Positions 1 through 10,403 of a stretch of 30,493 nucleotides of DNA are shown piece after piece (position 1 is the first letter of the stretch; every line of letters begins with the position of its first letter). Source of the DNA: Flavobacteriaceae bacterium (lineage in GTDB: Bacteria; Bacteroidota; Bacteroidia; Flavobacteriales; Flavobacteriaceae); contig JAMONN010000062.1 in NCBI GenBank assembly GCA_027065775.1, positions 1 through 30,493 on the forward strand, written 5' to 3'. A model generated the notes under the pieces. That model worked only from the letters and a program-made list of their open reading frames with translations. It ran no database searches and was not told where the DNA came from. The position numbers and the translations under genes were made by a program.

Positions 1-155
1 CATTTTAAATTTACTCTAAATTCATCCGAAGTTAAAGATGTTAAAGCAAACATCTTATTTAGCACTTTAAAAACAAGTGTGTTTTCATCGAAAGGAAAAC
101 ACTCTGTCACGCCTTTTTTGGCAAGGCAATAATTTCTAAATTGTTCTATATTCAT
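1..155 (-). CDS. MmcQ/YjbR-family DNA-binding protein, N-terminal part only (runs off the left edge of the window)
   Basis: Translating the reverse complement from the ATG at 153-155 gives MNIEQFRNYCLAKKGVTECFPFDENTLVFKVLNKMFALTSLTSDEFRVNLK.... This matches the characteristic N-terminus of MmcQ/YjbR proteins. It is shorter than the ORF-track cutoff, so it is absent from the track. Confidence 0.5.
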   Translation of the reverse strand, partial: MNIEQFRNYCLAKKGVTECFPFDENTLVFKVLNKMFALTSLTSDEFRVNLK

Positions 156-222
156 TGTTTTTTTAATTTAGTTAGTCTTTCGCCTTACAGCGAAGCGGTC
201 TTATAGTCTTATGTCTTTTTCC

Positions 223-1323
223 TCAAACCACTTCAAATAACTTACCATGCAAAGGTTTCACAACAGCTTTTAATTCTAAATTTAACAAAACACTAGATGT
301 TTTATAAATTGGTAAATTACAATGTAGTGCAATGATGTCTAAAGTTTGTTTTCCTTCTTTCAGTAAATAATTATAGATTAGTTTTTCGGTTTCATCTAAC
401 TCAACAAATAGTTGTTTTTGTATTGCTTTTTCTTTAAAATCGGTTTCCCAATTTAAAATATACGCCAAATCTTTTGCTGAAGTCAAAATTGCAGCTTTAT
501 TGGTTTTTATTAAATTATTACAACCTTTAGAATACAAATCGGTTATTCTACCTGGCAAAGAAAATACATCGCGATTATAAGAATTTGCAATATCCGCAGT
601 TATTAATGAACCGCCTTTTGCCGCAGATTCTATAACAATGGTTGCTTGTGACAAACCAGCAACAATACGGTTTCTTTTAATGAAATTTTCCCTTTCTGGT
701 TTAGAACCTGACCAAAAATCGGTTAAAATTCCGCCATTTTCTTGCATTTTTGTTGCTTCTCTATGATGAGTTTTAGGATACATACTATCTAAACCATGCG
801 CTAAAACTGCCACAGTTTGCAAACCATTTTTTATAGCTAATTGATGAGCAAAAACATCAACACCATAAGCCAAACCACTAATTATTAACGGATCATATTT
901 TTTAATTTCCGCAATTAACTTTTCTAAAACCGACCGACCATAATTAGTCATATTACGAGTACCTACAATACTTAAAATATGACGTTGTTTAAAGTTAATA
1001 TTTCCTTTAGAGAAAAATAGAATAGGACTATCGGCACAATGTTTTAAATTTTCTGGATAATCAGCATCAATAAAAGTTGTGATTTTTATATTGTTTTTAG
1101 AAATAAAATTGAGTTCCTTTGCTGCTTTTTCTAGTAAACTTTTTTCTTTTAATCCTTTTAATTTAAAAGCACCAATACCATCAATTTTTAAAAGACTTTC
1201 ACGTTTTTCCGTAAAAACTGCTTTAGCACTTCCACAATGTTTTATTAATTTTTTAGCATTTAAATCGCCAATCCCTTTTGTTTTTTGGAGTGCTAAAAAA
1301 TAAATTTTTTCTTCATCATTCAT
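223..1323 (-). CDS. dprA: DNA processing protein DprA (Smf)
   Basis: 366 aa with the Rossmann-like DprA core (GLAYGVDVFAHQLAIKNGLQTVAVLAHGLDSMYP) and an N-terminal SAM-like segment. Coordinates include the stop codon. Confidence 0.85.
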   Translation of the reverse strand: MNDEEKIYFLALQKTKGIGDLNAKKLIKHCGSAKAVFTEKRESLLKIDGIGAFKLKGLKEKSLLEKAAKELNFISKNNIKITTFIDADYPENLKHCADSPILFFSKGNINFKQRHILSIVGTRNMTNYGRSVLEKLIAEIKKYDPLIISGLAYGVDVFAHQLAIKNGLQTVAVLAHGLDSMYPKTHHREATKMQENGGILTDFWSGSKPERENFIKRNRIVAGLSQATIVIESAAKGGSLITADIANSYNRDVFSLPGRITDLYSKGCNNLIKTNKAAILTSAKDLAYILNWETDFKEKAIQKQLFVELDETEKLIYNYLLKEGKQTLDIIALHCNLPIYKTSSVLLNLELKAVVKPLHGKLFEVV

Positions 1324-2266
1324 TTTTTTTATTTTTATCTACCGCAATATAAACAGGAAAATGGTCACTCATGCCACCTTGATACCAATGACCTCTATAA
1401 GTTCGTAAAGGGTTTTCAACATATTTACCATATTTATCTTTTAAAAAATGTTTATCATAAATATTCGCATTTTTAAAGGTATGTTTTCCTTGGTAAAATG
1501 TTTTAGAAAAAATAATTTGATCAAATAAATACCAATTACCTTTATGATTACCTGAACCATCGCCTTTGGCAAAAATAGATTCCATTGGGTTATAAAACTC
1601 CTCTGTTACCAAAAATTGTTTGATACTTTTATCTGTTGGGTTATCATTAAAATCACCCATTATAATAATTTTCGGATTTTCGGTTTCTTCTTTAATTTCT
1701 GAAATTATTTTTAAAACCAATTCCGCAGTTTTAATACGTTTATATTCACCACTTCTCCTAGAAGGCCAATGATTTACAATAAAATACATTAATTCACCAT
1801 TTAGTTTTCCTTTTACTAAAAGTATATCTCTTGTGTAATCTATATTACCTATTTCTTCTTCGAATTGAATATAATACGGACGAGATTCTAACAATTCAAA
1901 ATATTTTTTTCGATATAAAAGTGCCACTTCAATACCTCTTTCATCTGGCGAATCATAATGTACAATACCATAATTATATTCTTTTAAAGAACTAGAGTTT
2001 ATCAAATCAAAAACTACTTCATGATTTTCAACTTCAGCAATACCTAAAATTACTGGCGGATGACCTACATCATCATTACCTATGGTTCTTATTGCTTTAG
2101 ATAATCGTTTAATCTTTTTTTTATAGCGTCTTGGCGTCCATTTTTTACTACCTTCAGGTGTAAAATCATCATCATTTGTTTCAGGATCGTCTATGGTGTC
2201 AAATAGATTTTCAAGGTTATAAAATGCAATCGTAAATTCTTCTTTATGTTCTGTTGAGTTTTCCAA
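1316..2266 (-). CDS. endonuclease/exonuclease/phosphatase (EEP) family protein
   Basis: 316 aa. The N-terminal FTIAFYNLENLFD and C-terminal SDHFPV motifs are typical of the EEP fold. Overlaps the dprA start by 8 nt (operon). Confidence 0.7.
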   Translation of the reverse strand: MENSTEHKEEFTIAFYNLENLFDTIDDPETNDDDFTPEGSKKWTPRRYKKKIKRLSKAIRTIGNDDVGHPPVILGIAEVENHEVVFDLINSSSLKEYNYGIVHYDSPDERGIEVALLYRKKYFELLESRPYYIQFEEEIGNIDYTRDILLVKGKLNGELMYFIVNHWPSRRSGEYKRIKTAELVLKIISEIKEETENPKIIIMGDFNDNPTDKSIKQFLVTEEFYNPMESIFAKGDGSGNHKGNWYLFDQIIFSKTFYQGKHTFKNANIYDKHFLKDKYGKYVENPLRTYRGHWYQGGMSDHFPVYIAVDKNKKNE

Positions 2267-2501
2267 TAAATGATTTTTAAAAAGTTAAAATACAAAAATC
2301 TTTTCGATTTATTTAAAATAAAAGAGATTAAACCTCAAGGTAAATCTAGAGGTCCAATAATAGAAAACAACCATCATGCCAAAGACATGATAAAAAGGTT
2401 GAAGTATTTAAACCAATATCCTGCTAAAAATCAGTTAACTAAAAAATTGAAAATAATTTTTTAGAACCTCACTAATAAACTAAAAGCTTTACTTTTGCAG
2501 T

Positions 2502-3713
2502 ATGAATGAAAATGAAAATAATTTAGAAAAAGTTATTTTAGTTGGTGTTATTACACAGCAACAAAACGAAGAAAAAGCAAATGAATATCTAGATGAGTTA
2601 GAGTTTTTAGCTTTTACTGCTGGTGGAATTGTATCAAAACGATTCACGCAAAAAATGGGCATACCAAATACTAAAACCTATATTGGTAGTGGTAAATTAG
2701 ATGAAGTTTTTAATTATATCGAAAATCATAATATTGGTACCGTAATTTTTGATGATGAATTAAGTCCATCTCAATTACGAAATATAGAAAAGGTTTTAGA
2801 TTGTAAAATACTAGATAGAACCAATTTAATTTTAGACATTTTTGCACAAAGAGCACAAACATCTTACGCAAAAACTCAAGTAGAATTAGCACAATGTCAA
2901 TATTTACTACCTAGATTAACGAGACTTTGGACACATTTAGACAAGCAAAAAGGTGGTATTGGTATGCGTGGTCCTGGAGAAACAGAAATTGAAACCGATA
3001 GACGTATTATTAGAGATAAAATAACTGTGTTGCGTAAAAAACTGATTGTTATAGATAAACAAATGGCAGTACAACGTAAAAATAGAGGCAAAATGGTACG
3101 TGTTGCTTTGGTTGGTTATACCAATGTTGGCAAATCTACCTTAATGAATCTTATAAGTAAAAGTAGTGTTTTTGCCGAAAATAAGTTGTTTGCAACTTTA
3201 GATACAACAGTTAGAAAAGTAGTTATTAAAAATATTCCGTTTTTAATGACTGATACTGTTGGTTTTATTAGAAAATTACCAACGCAGTTAGTAGAATCGT
3301 TCAAATCTACTTTAGACGAAGTTAGAGAAGCCGATTTATTATTACATGTGGTAGATATTTCGCATAAAAATTTTGAAGATCATATAAATTCTGTAAATAC
3401 TATTTTAGGTGAAATTAAATGTAATGACAAGCCTACATTAATGGTTTTTAATAAAATTGACGCTTATACACATGAAACTATAGACGATGATGATTTAGAA
3501 ACCGAAAAAACAGCAATTCATTTTACCTTAGGAGAATTAAAAAACTCTTGGATGAGTAAAATGGAAAAAGAAAATACTACTTTTATATCTGCTATAAACA
3601 AAGAAAATATCGAAGAATTTAAATCTAAAACTTATGATGCTGTAAAGAAAATTCATAAAACCAGATTTCCGTACCACGATTATTTATACCAAGAATATGA
3701 TCACTTAACCTAA
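2502..3713 (+). CDS. hflX: GTPase HflX
   Basis: 403 aa with the HflX N-terminal domain plus G-domain motifs GYTNVGKSTLMN, DTVGFI and NKID. Confidence 0.9.
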   Translation: MNENENNLEKVILVGVITQQQNEEKANEYLDELEFLAFTAGGIVSKRFTQKMGIPNTKTYIGSGKLDEVFNYIENHNIGTVIFDDELSPSQLRNIEKVLDCKILDRTNLILDIFAQRAQTSYAKTQVELAQCQYLLPRLTRLWTHLDKQKGGIGMRGPGETEIETDRRIIRDKITVLRKKLIVIDKQMAVQRKNRGKMVRVALVGYTNVGKSTLMNLISKSSVFAENKLFATLDTTVRKVVIKNIPFLMTDTVGFIRKLPTQLVESFKSTLDEVREADLLLHVVDISHKNFEDHINSVNTILGEIKCNDKPTLMVFNKIDAYTHETIDDDDLETEKTAIHFTLGELKNSWMSKMEKENTTFISAINKENIEEFKSKTYDAVKKIHKTRFPYHDYLYQEYDHLT

Positions 3714-3717
3714 AGTT

Positions 3718-3936
3718 ATGAAAATTAAAATAATTACACTTTTATTCATTCTATTATCCCAAACAATATCGTCACAATGCGCTATGTGTAAAGCAGTTGT
3801 AGAGAATGGCGATGCAGATATGGCAGAAGGAATTAATTCTGGTATTACCTTTTTAATGCTGTTTCCGTATCTGTTTTTAGCAATAGGAATAATTATCTAT
3901 TATCGAAATAAAAAAAGAGACGCAAAAAAATTGTAA
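3718..3936 (+). CDS. small secreted or membrane protein (signal peptide, CxxC, C-terminal transmembrane segment)
   Basis: 72 aa with a hydrophobic N-terminus, a CAMCK motif and a C-terminal hydrophobic stretch followed by a basic tail. Lies 4 nt after hflX. Confidence 0.4.
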   Translation: MKIKIITLLFILLSQTISSQCAMCKAVVENGDADMAEGINSGITFLMLFPYLFLAIGIIIYYRNKKRDAKKL

Positions 3937-4062
3937 CATCTAAACAGATTAAACGTCATACAATTGTACAAAAGTTAACTTTAAATGCTAAAAAGTTTGT
4001 TACCTAAAAAATTAATTAATGGCGAACACCATATGTCCGCTAAAAACAATAAATATAAACAC

Positions 4063-5394
4063 ATGAAAGCAAAAATCACACTATTATTACTACTAATAAG
4101 TGTTAGTTTATCTTACTCTCAAAAAAAATGGTCTTTAGAAGAATGTGTTAATTACGCATTAGAACATAACTTAACTATTAAAAGAACTTTACAAACTAAT
4201 CTATTAGTAGATGAAGATGTTAATATTGCAAAAACTAATTGGTTGCCTTCTGTTTCTGGTTCGGCATCTCAAAATTTAAATTTTGGTTCAAATATTAATC
4301 CATCAACAAATTCAAGAATAAATACACAAAGTATATCGAATGGCTTTGGTGTAAATGCATCTATGGTTTTATTTGATGGTTTTAGAATTAAAAACGGTTT
4401 ATTAAGTGCCGAAAAAAATAGAGATATAAGTAAATTAGACTTAGAAAAATTAAAAAATGATATTTCTTTAAATATTGTTAATTCTTATTTAAATGTTCTA
4501 TTTCAAAAAGAAAGTTTAAAAGTTGCTCAAGCAAATTTAGAAATCACCGAAAAATCATTAAAGAGAACACAAGAATTAATTGATGCAGGAACACAACCAA
4601 GAGGTAATTTATTAGAAATTGAAGCAACAAAAGTAAACGACGAAAATGCGATTGTAATTGCGCAAAATAATATCGATTTAGCATTGTTAGACTTATCTTT
4701 AATATTACAATTACCTAATAAAGAGTTTGATGTAGAAACTATTGAAATAGAATTAAACGAAGTAAGTTTAAAATTAAATAATACAGAAGACATCTATAAT
4801 GTTGCTTTAACAAAACAACCAAATATTAAAAGTTCTGAATTAAGTGTTGAAAATGCAGCAACTAATATTGAAATTGCAAAGGCAAACTTTTTACCAAGCG
4901 TTACATTAAATAGTGGTTTAGATACGAGATATAGTCATATTAGTGGTATTGATAATTTTTCTAATGAGTCTTTTATAGATCAACTAGATGAGAATTTTGG
5001 TCAATTTATTGGTCTAAATATTCGCATACCTATATATAATAAAGGCCAAACAAAAATAAATGTTAATAGAGCGCGAATAAATCAAGAAATAGCAAAAACT
5101 AATTTAGAAGACCAAAAACGTGGTCTTAGAGAAAATATCGAAAGAGCTTATATTAGTGCTAAAGCAACCTTAAAAGAATATGAAGCCGCTACAAAATCTT
5201 TAGAAGCACAAGAATTAGCATTTAATTTTGCACAAGAACGTTATGCTTTAGGTGCGACTAACTCTTTTGATTTTGAACAAGTAAAAAACAGATTGATAAG
5301 TGCTAAATCCGCAGTAATTAGAGCCAAATATAATTACGTATTTAGAACAAAATTATTAGAATTCTATTATGGAATACCTATTGTAATAGACTAA
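4063..5394 (+). CDS. TolC-family outer-membrane efflux protein
   Basis: The likely true start is the third in-frame Met (MKAKITLLLLLISVSLSYSQ signal peptide). The typical TolC N-terminal motif LSLEECVNYALEHNLTIK and the two-repeat architecture are present. Confidence 0.8.
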   Translation: MKAKITLLLLLISVSLSYSQKKWSLEECVNYALEHNLTIKRTLQTNLLVDEDVNIAKTNWLPSVSGSASQNLNFGSNINPSTNSRINTQSISNGFGVNASMVLFDGFRIKNGLLSAEKNRDISKLDLEKLKNDISLNIVNSYLNVLFQKESLKVAQANLEITEKSLKRTQELIDAGTQPRGNLLEIEATKVNDENAIVIAQNNIDLALLDLSLILQLPNKEFDVETIEIELNEVSLKLNNTEDIYNVALTKQPNIKSSELSVENAATNIEIAKANFLPSVTLNSGLDTRYSHISGIDNFSNESFIDQLDENFGQFIGLNIRIPIYNKGQTKINVNRARINQEIAKTNLEDQKRGLRENIERAYISAKATLKEYEAATKSLEAQELAFNFAQERYALGATNSFDFEQVKNRLISAKSAVIRAKYNYVFRTKLLEFYYGIPIVID

Positions 5395-5405
5395 AAATTA
5401 TTTCA

Positions 5406-5440
5406 GTAAAGGTTTCACTTAAAGTGAAACCTTTACTTTT
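5406..5440 (+). terminator. intrinsic terminator after the tolC-like gene (perfect 13-bp stem, 5-nt loop, T4)
   Basis: gtaaaggtttcac / ttaaa / gtgaaacctttac followed by tttt. Confidence 0.6.
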
Positions 5441-5449
5441 TAGAATTAA

Positions 5450-5480
5450 TTCACGGCGTCATTTAAAGTGACACCGTGAA
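5450..5480 (+). promoter_or_regulatory. second palindromic hairpin related to the first one (shared TTAAAGTGA core)
   Basis: ttcacggcgtca / tttaaa / gtgacaccgtgaa. This is a 12-bp stem with one mismatch and has no T-run, so it may be an operator rather than a terminator. Confidence 0.35.
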
Positions 5481-5511
5481 TATTTAGTACCTTTGTCGTT
5501 AACTTAATTTA

Positions 5512-6204
5512 ATGCAAAACCCAACTTACATATTAAATCTAGAAACCTCGACTAAAAATTGTTCGGTTAGCATTTCATTAAACGGAAAAGTGTTAGCGTT
5601 AAAAGAAATTTGTGAAACAAATTTCTCTCACGCAGAAAAATTGACTCCTTTTATTAAGGATGTTTTAACAGAAGCAAAACTAACTTTAAAAAACTTATCC
5701 GCAATTGCAATAGGTAAAGGTCCAGGTTCTTTTACAGGTTTGCGTATTGGTGTTTCATCAGCAAAAGGACTTTGTTTTGGGTTGGATATTCCGTTAATTT
5801 CAATTCCTACTATGGAAATTTTAGCCAATGCAACAACCGTTAATGGTTATATTATTCCGGTATTAGATGCCAGAAGGCAAGAAGTTTACACGGCAGTTTT
5901 TAATAAAAATAAAAAAATTGTAAAAGAAACTTTTAATCATGTTTTAGAAGAAAATTCATTTTCAGAATATTTAGATAAAGATGAAGTTATTTTTTTAGGC
6001 GATGGCGTTACCAAAACAAAAGAAATAATTAAACATAAAAACGCAATTTTTTTAGATGATTTTCATCCTTCGGCAAAAGAAATGTGCAAACTAGCATTTG
6101 AAAAATTTAAAAATAAAGATTTTGAAGATGTTGCTTATTTTGAACCTTTTTACCTAAAAGACTTTTATGTTACGCCATCTAAGAAACAAAAAGTATTGTT
6201 GTAA
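5512..6204 (+). CDS. tsaB: tRNA threonylcarbamoyladenosine biosynthesis protein TsaB (YeaZ)
   Basis: 230 aa with the Kae1/YgjD-like fold lacking metal ligands and the motif AIAIGKGPGSFTGLRIGVSSAKGL. Confidence 0.85.
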   Translation: MQNPTYILNLETSTKNCSVSISLNGKVLALKEICETNFSHAEKLTPFIKDVLTEAKLTLKNLSAIAIGKGPGSFTGLRIGVSSAKGLCFGLDIPLISIPTMEILANATTVNGYIIPVLDARRQEVYTAVFNKNKKIVKETFNHVLEENSFSEYLDKDEVIFLGDGVTKTKEIIKHKNAIFLDDFHPSAKEMCKLAFEKFKNKDFEDVAYFEPFYLKDFYVTPSKKQKVLL

Positions 6205-6559
6205 AAAGAATTAGTACAATACACAGCACAATTAAAATTACACCTCTATTTTCTAAAGAAACTTTATTTAGTAAAGATATTTTATCTGTAGTTTCTTGAA
6301 ATAAAACAGCAAAACCCTCAGGCTCATTATGCTTATAAATTGTAACATCATACAATTTTAAAATTTCTAAAGATTTTTCAACATCTTTTTCAAACACCTG
6401 TAATTTTACGCCACCAATGGCATTAGATAAAAAATTATCCGTTTGTACCGTAAATTCATCTTTTAAAAAAACATAAATATCTTCAGATTCTAATTTACTT
6501 TTAATAATAAAAGATTCTTGTGGTAATTCAAAAGTAATTAATGTTATTAGGTTTTCCAT
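6179..6559 (-). CDS. DUF2007 (putative signal-transducing) domain protein with a C-terminal transmembrane anchor
   Basis: LESEDIYVFLKDEFTVQTDNFLSNAIGGVKLQVFEKDVEKSLEIL fits the DUF2007 consensus. There is a C-terminal hydrophobic helix. It starts 4 nt downstream of the WYL gene stop, which suggests co-transcription. Its 3' end overlaps the tsaB 3' end by 26 nt. Confidence 0.6.
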   Translation of the reverse strand: MENLITLITFELPQESFIIKSKLESEDIYVFLKDEFTVQTDNFLSNAIGGVKLQVFEKDVEKSLEILKLYDVTIYKHNEPEGFAVLFQETTDKISLLNKVSLENRGVILIVLCIVLILFTTILFVS

Positions 6560-6562
6560 AAA

Positions 6563-8143
6563 TTACAAGGTATAAAAAAGTTCTAAGACATCAATATTTT
6601 GTTGCTTGTTTTTAGAATGAAATTTCTGTAAAGTAGCGTTATCAATCAATTGAATGCCGCCAATACGAATGTGACAATTAAAAATACTACTATTTTTAAC
6701 CAATAAACCGATTTCATTTTGTGTGAATTTCTTGTTATGAGAGGATAAAATAATATCTAACCTATTTGTTTCAGTAGCTTCTTTTAAATGTATTTTTATT
6801 GAAAATCCTTTACTGTCTGTTTTTTGAAACCAGTTTTTTGTAATTAATCCTTCATTTGATTTCTTGTAAAAAACACTTTTTTCTAATTTGATTTTAGGAT
6901 TTAAAACTTTTAAAATGTTCAGAAAGTTATTATTAAATAAAATACTTTCTATTTTAGGAATTTCATCAAATAAATCAGTAATAAACTCCATTTTAGGAGT
7001 TTGAATTTTAAAATAAGCATTTAATAACTGATTCATTTTCTTAATCTCTCGCAAACTAAAAACCTGATTCAAAATTGCAGAACCTTTATATTTTAGTTTA
7101 TTAGACATATCTATTAATCCTTTTTCTGAAATTTCGGTTTGATAAGATTCTGTCGCATACTTTAAGCGCTGTTTGATTTTTCTTTTTAAAAAAGGTGGCG
7201 AAATTACCCGAATGCCATCACCTAAACCTAAAATCTCTTTTTCTAATTCAAAATTATGTTGCACATTTAAAGAAATAGTAATGCCAAAATTGTCTTTTTT
7301 AATCAGTTTTTGCGAAGCGTGAAAAGGTTTAGTTTGGACATAAGGCGCATGTTTATTATAAACAAAAAGTATGATTTCTTCGGTTTTTAAATCCGGATTT
7401 ATAGAAACGCCAATCGCCTTACTAAAATAATGTTCTAAGTCATATTTACTGTTGTATTTAAACTCAATTTCACTTTCTTGTAAGTCAATAATTCGATCTA
7501 AAGCTAAATTTACCAAATGCTCTTGCCCGTCTCTAATACCAATAACAAACCAACGATTTCTAAATTCTTTTAGTAGATAAGCATGAAAGTCAAAAGTTGC
7601 CGCTTGTCTTGCTTTAAAGGATTTGTAGGTTATTTTAATTGCTTTTTTAGTAATTATTGTTTGGTACAATGTGTCTAAAAAATTTAATCCTTTTAAGTTT
7701 TCATTCTTTTCAAATTCAATTACTGGTTTGGTTCTTGTCTGATTAGAATATACATGATCTTCCAATTTTTGAATAACACCATTTAAAGCATCAAAATGCG
7801 AAAAACCTTTAAATTGTTTTAAAAACGCAACGGATTCCGACAGTTTTTCTAAATCTTGACTACTAATTGGTAGATTGGTAATGCTATATTTTTCTTCTTC
7901 GTAGGTATAATATTTACGATCAACTACAATAATTGGTGCGTTGTAACCTAATTTGTCACTTCGCATATTTTGAATATCTAATTGAACAGTCCGTTTACTT
8001 ACATTACAATCTTTTCCTTCGTATTCGTATAAAGCGTCTGAACATTCTTCTATTAAATCGTCTAAAGTCCATTTTCTAAACCTGTTTTGCAAACATTTAT
8101 CAATGGTTTTATATCTAATTAATGCGTTTTTATTTAGTGCCAT
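6563..8143 (-). CDS. WYL-domain transcriptional regulator (HTH-WYL-WCX) with an extra ~190-aa C-terminal domain of unknown function
   Basis: The N-terminus MALNKNALIRYKTIDKCLQNRFRKWTLDDLIEECSDALYEY is the hallmark HTH start of Bacteroidetes WYL regulators. A WYL-like core (HAYLLKEFRNRWFVIGIRDGQEHLVNL) and a WCX-like segment (GLGDGIRVISPPFLKRKIKQRL) follow. At 526 aa it is much longer than typical ~320-aa members. Confidence 0.7.
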   Translation of the reverse strand: MALNKNALIRYKTIDKCLQNRFRKWTLDDLIEECSDALYEYEGKDCNVSKRTVQLDIQNMRSDKLGYNAPIIVVDRKYYTYEEEKYSITNLPISSQDLEKLSESVAFLKQFKGFSHFDALNGVIQKLEDHVYSNQTRTKPVIEFEKNENLKGLNFLDTLYQTIITKKAIKITYKSFKARQAATFDFHAYLLKEFRNRWFVIGIRDGQEHLVNLALDRIIDLQESEIEFKYNSKYDLEHYFSKAIGVSINPDLKTEEIILFVYNKHAPYVQTKPFHASQKLIKKDNFGITISLNVQHNFELEKEILGLGDGIRVISPPFLKRKIKQRLKYATESYQTEISEKGLIDMSNKLKYKGSAILNQVFSLREIKKMNQLLNAYFKIQTPKMEFITDLFDEIPKIESILFNNNFLNILKVLNPKIKLEKSVFYKKSNEGLITKNWFQKTDSKGFSIKIHLKEATETNRLDIILSSHNKKFTQNEIGLLVKNSSIFNCHIRIGGIQLIDNATLQKFHSKNKQQNIDVLELFYTL

Positions 8144-8233
8144 TTAAAAATTTTGCAAGTATTTATTGTATATTTATTTTGATTATCAGCAGTTTAACTG
8201 AATAGCACTTCAAAAATAAGTAATATTTTTTTA

Positions 8234-8254
8234 TTGCGCAAAAAGATTGCGTAC
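8234..8254. promoter_or_regulatory. operator-like inverted repeat TTGCGCAA-aaaga-TTGCGTAc, copy 1
   Basis: Lies in the divergent WYL / RtcB-like intergenic region. A near-identical site (TTACGCAA-aaaga-TTGCGTAA) recurs at 11943-11963 with conserved flanks. Confidence 0.45.
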
Positions 8255-8293
8255 TAGTTTAGAAATATTTGCAATGTAAATAATTCAAAGTAG

Positions 8294-9796
<1,503 letters not shown>

Positions 9797-9802
9797 TTTT
9801 AT

Positions 9803-9832
9803 ACCTGTTAATTAATTTAGCAGGTTTTTTTA
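9803..9832. terminator. intrinsic terminator between the convergent RtcB-like and toxin genes
   Basis: acctg / ttaattaatttag / caggt followed by ttttttt. Confidence 0.55.
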
Positions 9833-10120
9833 TTCCATTATTTTATTTGGATGTTGACTTGTATTAAAAACACGCATAATATAAATGATATCATCAGTAA
9901 TAAAATAAACCATTTTGAAACTCCATTTCACAATAAATCGAATATTATCATTATTAAAACTAGGCTCTTTTGGGTAAGCAAACGGAAAAATTTTAAGAGA
10001 ATTTGGTAACTCTAATAATGTATTTAAAACTTTAATTGCATTTTGAGGACTTTGTTTAGCAATATAACTTACATTATTATTTAAATCTTGATGTGCTTTT
10101 TTATCCCAAATTATTTTCAT
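9830..10120 (-). CDS. type II toxin, RelE/ParE family
   Basis: 96 aa. IIWDKKAHQDL ... IRFIVKWSFKMVYFITDDIIYIMRVFNTSQHP matches the RelE/ParE fold pattern. It overlaps the upstream small gene by 20 nt, as is classic for toxin-antitoxin operons. Confidence 0.65.
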   Translation of the reverse strand: MKIIWDKKAHQDLNNNVSYIAKQSPQNAIKVLNTLLELPNSLKIFPFAYPKEPSFNNDNIRFIVKWSFKMVYFITDDIIYIMRVFNTSQHPNKIME

Positions 10121-10355
10121 TCAAAATATTATTTCTAACTTCTTTGGTAGTATATAAAGTTGCTGTTCCGTTTTTTATTGCCATAATACTTTTATTCATT
10201 TCTTTAATATATTGACTTTCGTAAATGGGTTTGCCTTTAGCATATCCAACAATATTCTCGCTTTCTATAAGTGTTTTCAACTTATTTAATAGCAAATCAT
10301 CAGAAATTCCTAATATTTTTTGTGCTAATGAAATTTTTAAAGTTTCAGTACTCAT
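10101..10355 (-). CDS. putative cognate antitoxin
   Basis: 84 aa. It sits upstream of and overlaps the toxin gene. It is not clearly Phd/ParD-like, so the family is unassigned. Confidence 0.45.
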   Translation of the reverse strand: MSTETLKISLAQKILGISDDLLLNKLKTLIESENIVGYAKGKPIYESQYIKEMNKSIMAIKNGTATLYTTKEVRNNILNENNLG

Positions 10356-10403
10356 AACTATTCTTCAATTTTTATAAATGCAATATACAATAATAATTTT
10401 ATT

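Noticed and set aside
1079-1303. 74-aa plus-strand ORF inside dprA
   Set aside because: It is antisense to a well-supported dprA reading frame and is hydrophobic low-complexity.
2270-2464. 64-aa ORF between the EEP gene and hflX
   Set aside because: It lies in the divergent promoter region, is Lys-rich and low-complexity, and has no support.
4527-4793. 88-aa minus-strand ORF inside the tolC-like gene
   Set aside because: It is embedded antisense in a strongly supported TolC-family CDS.
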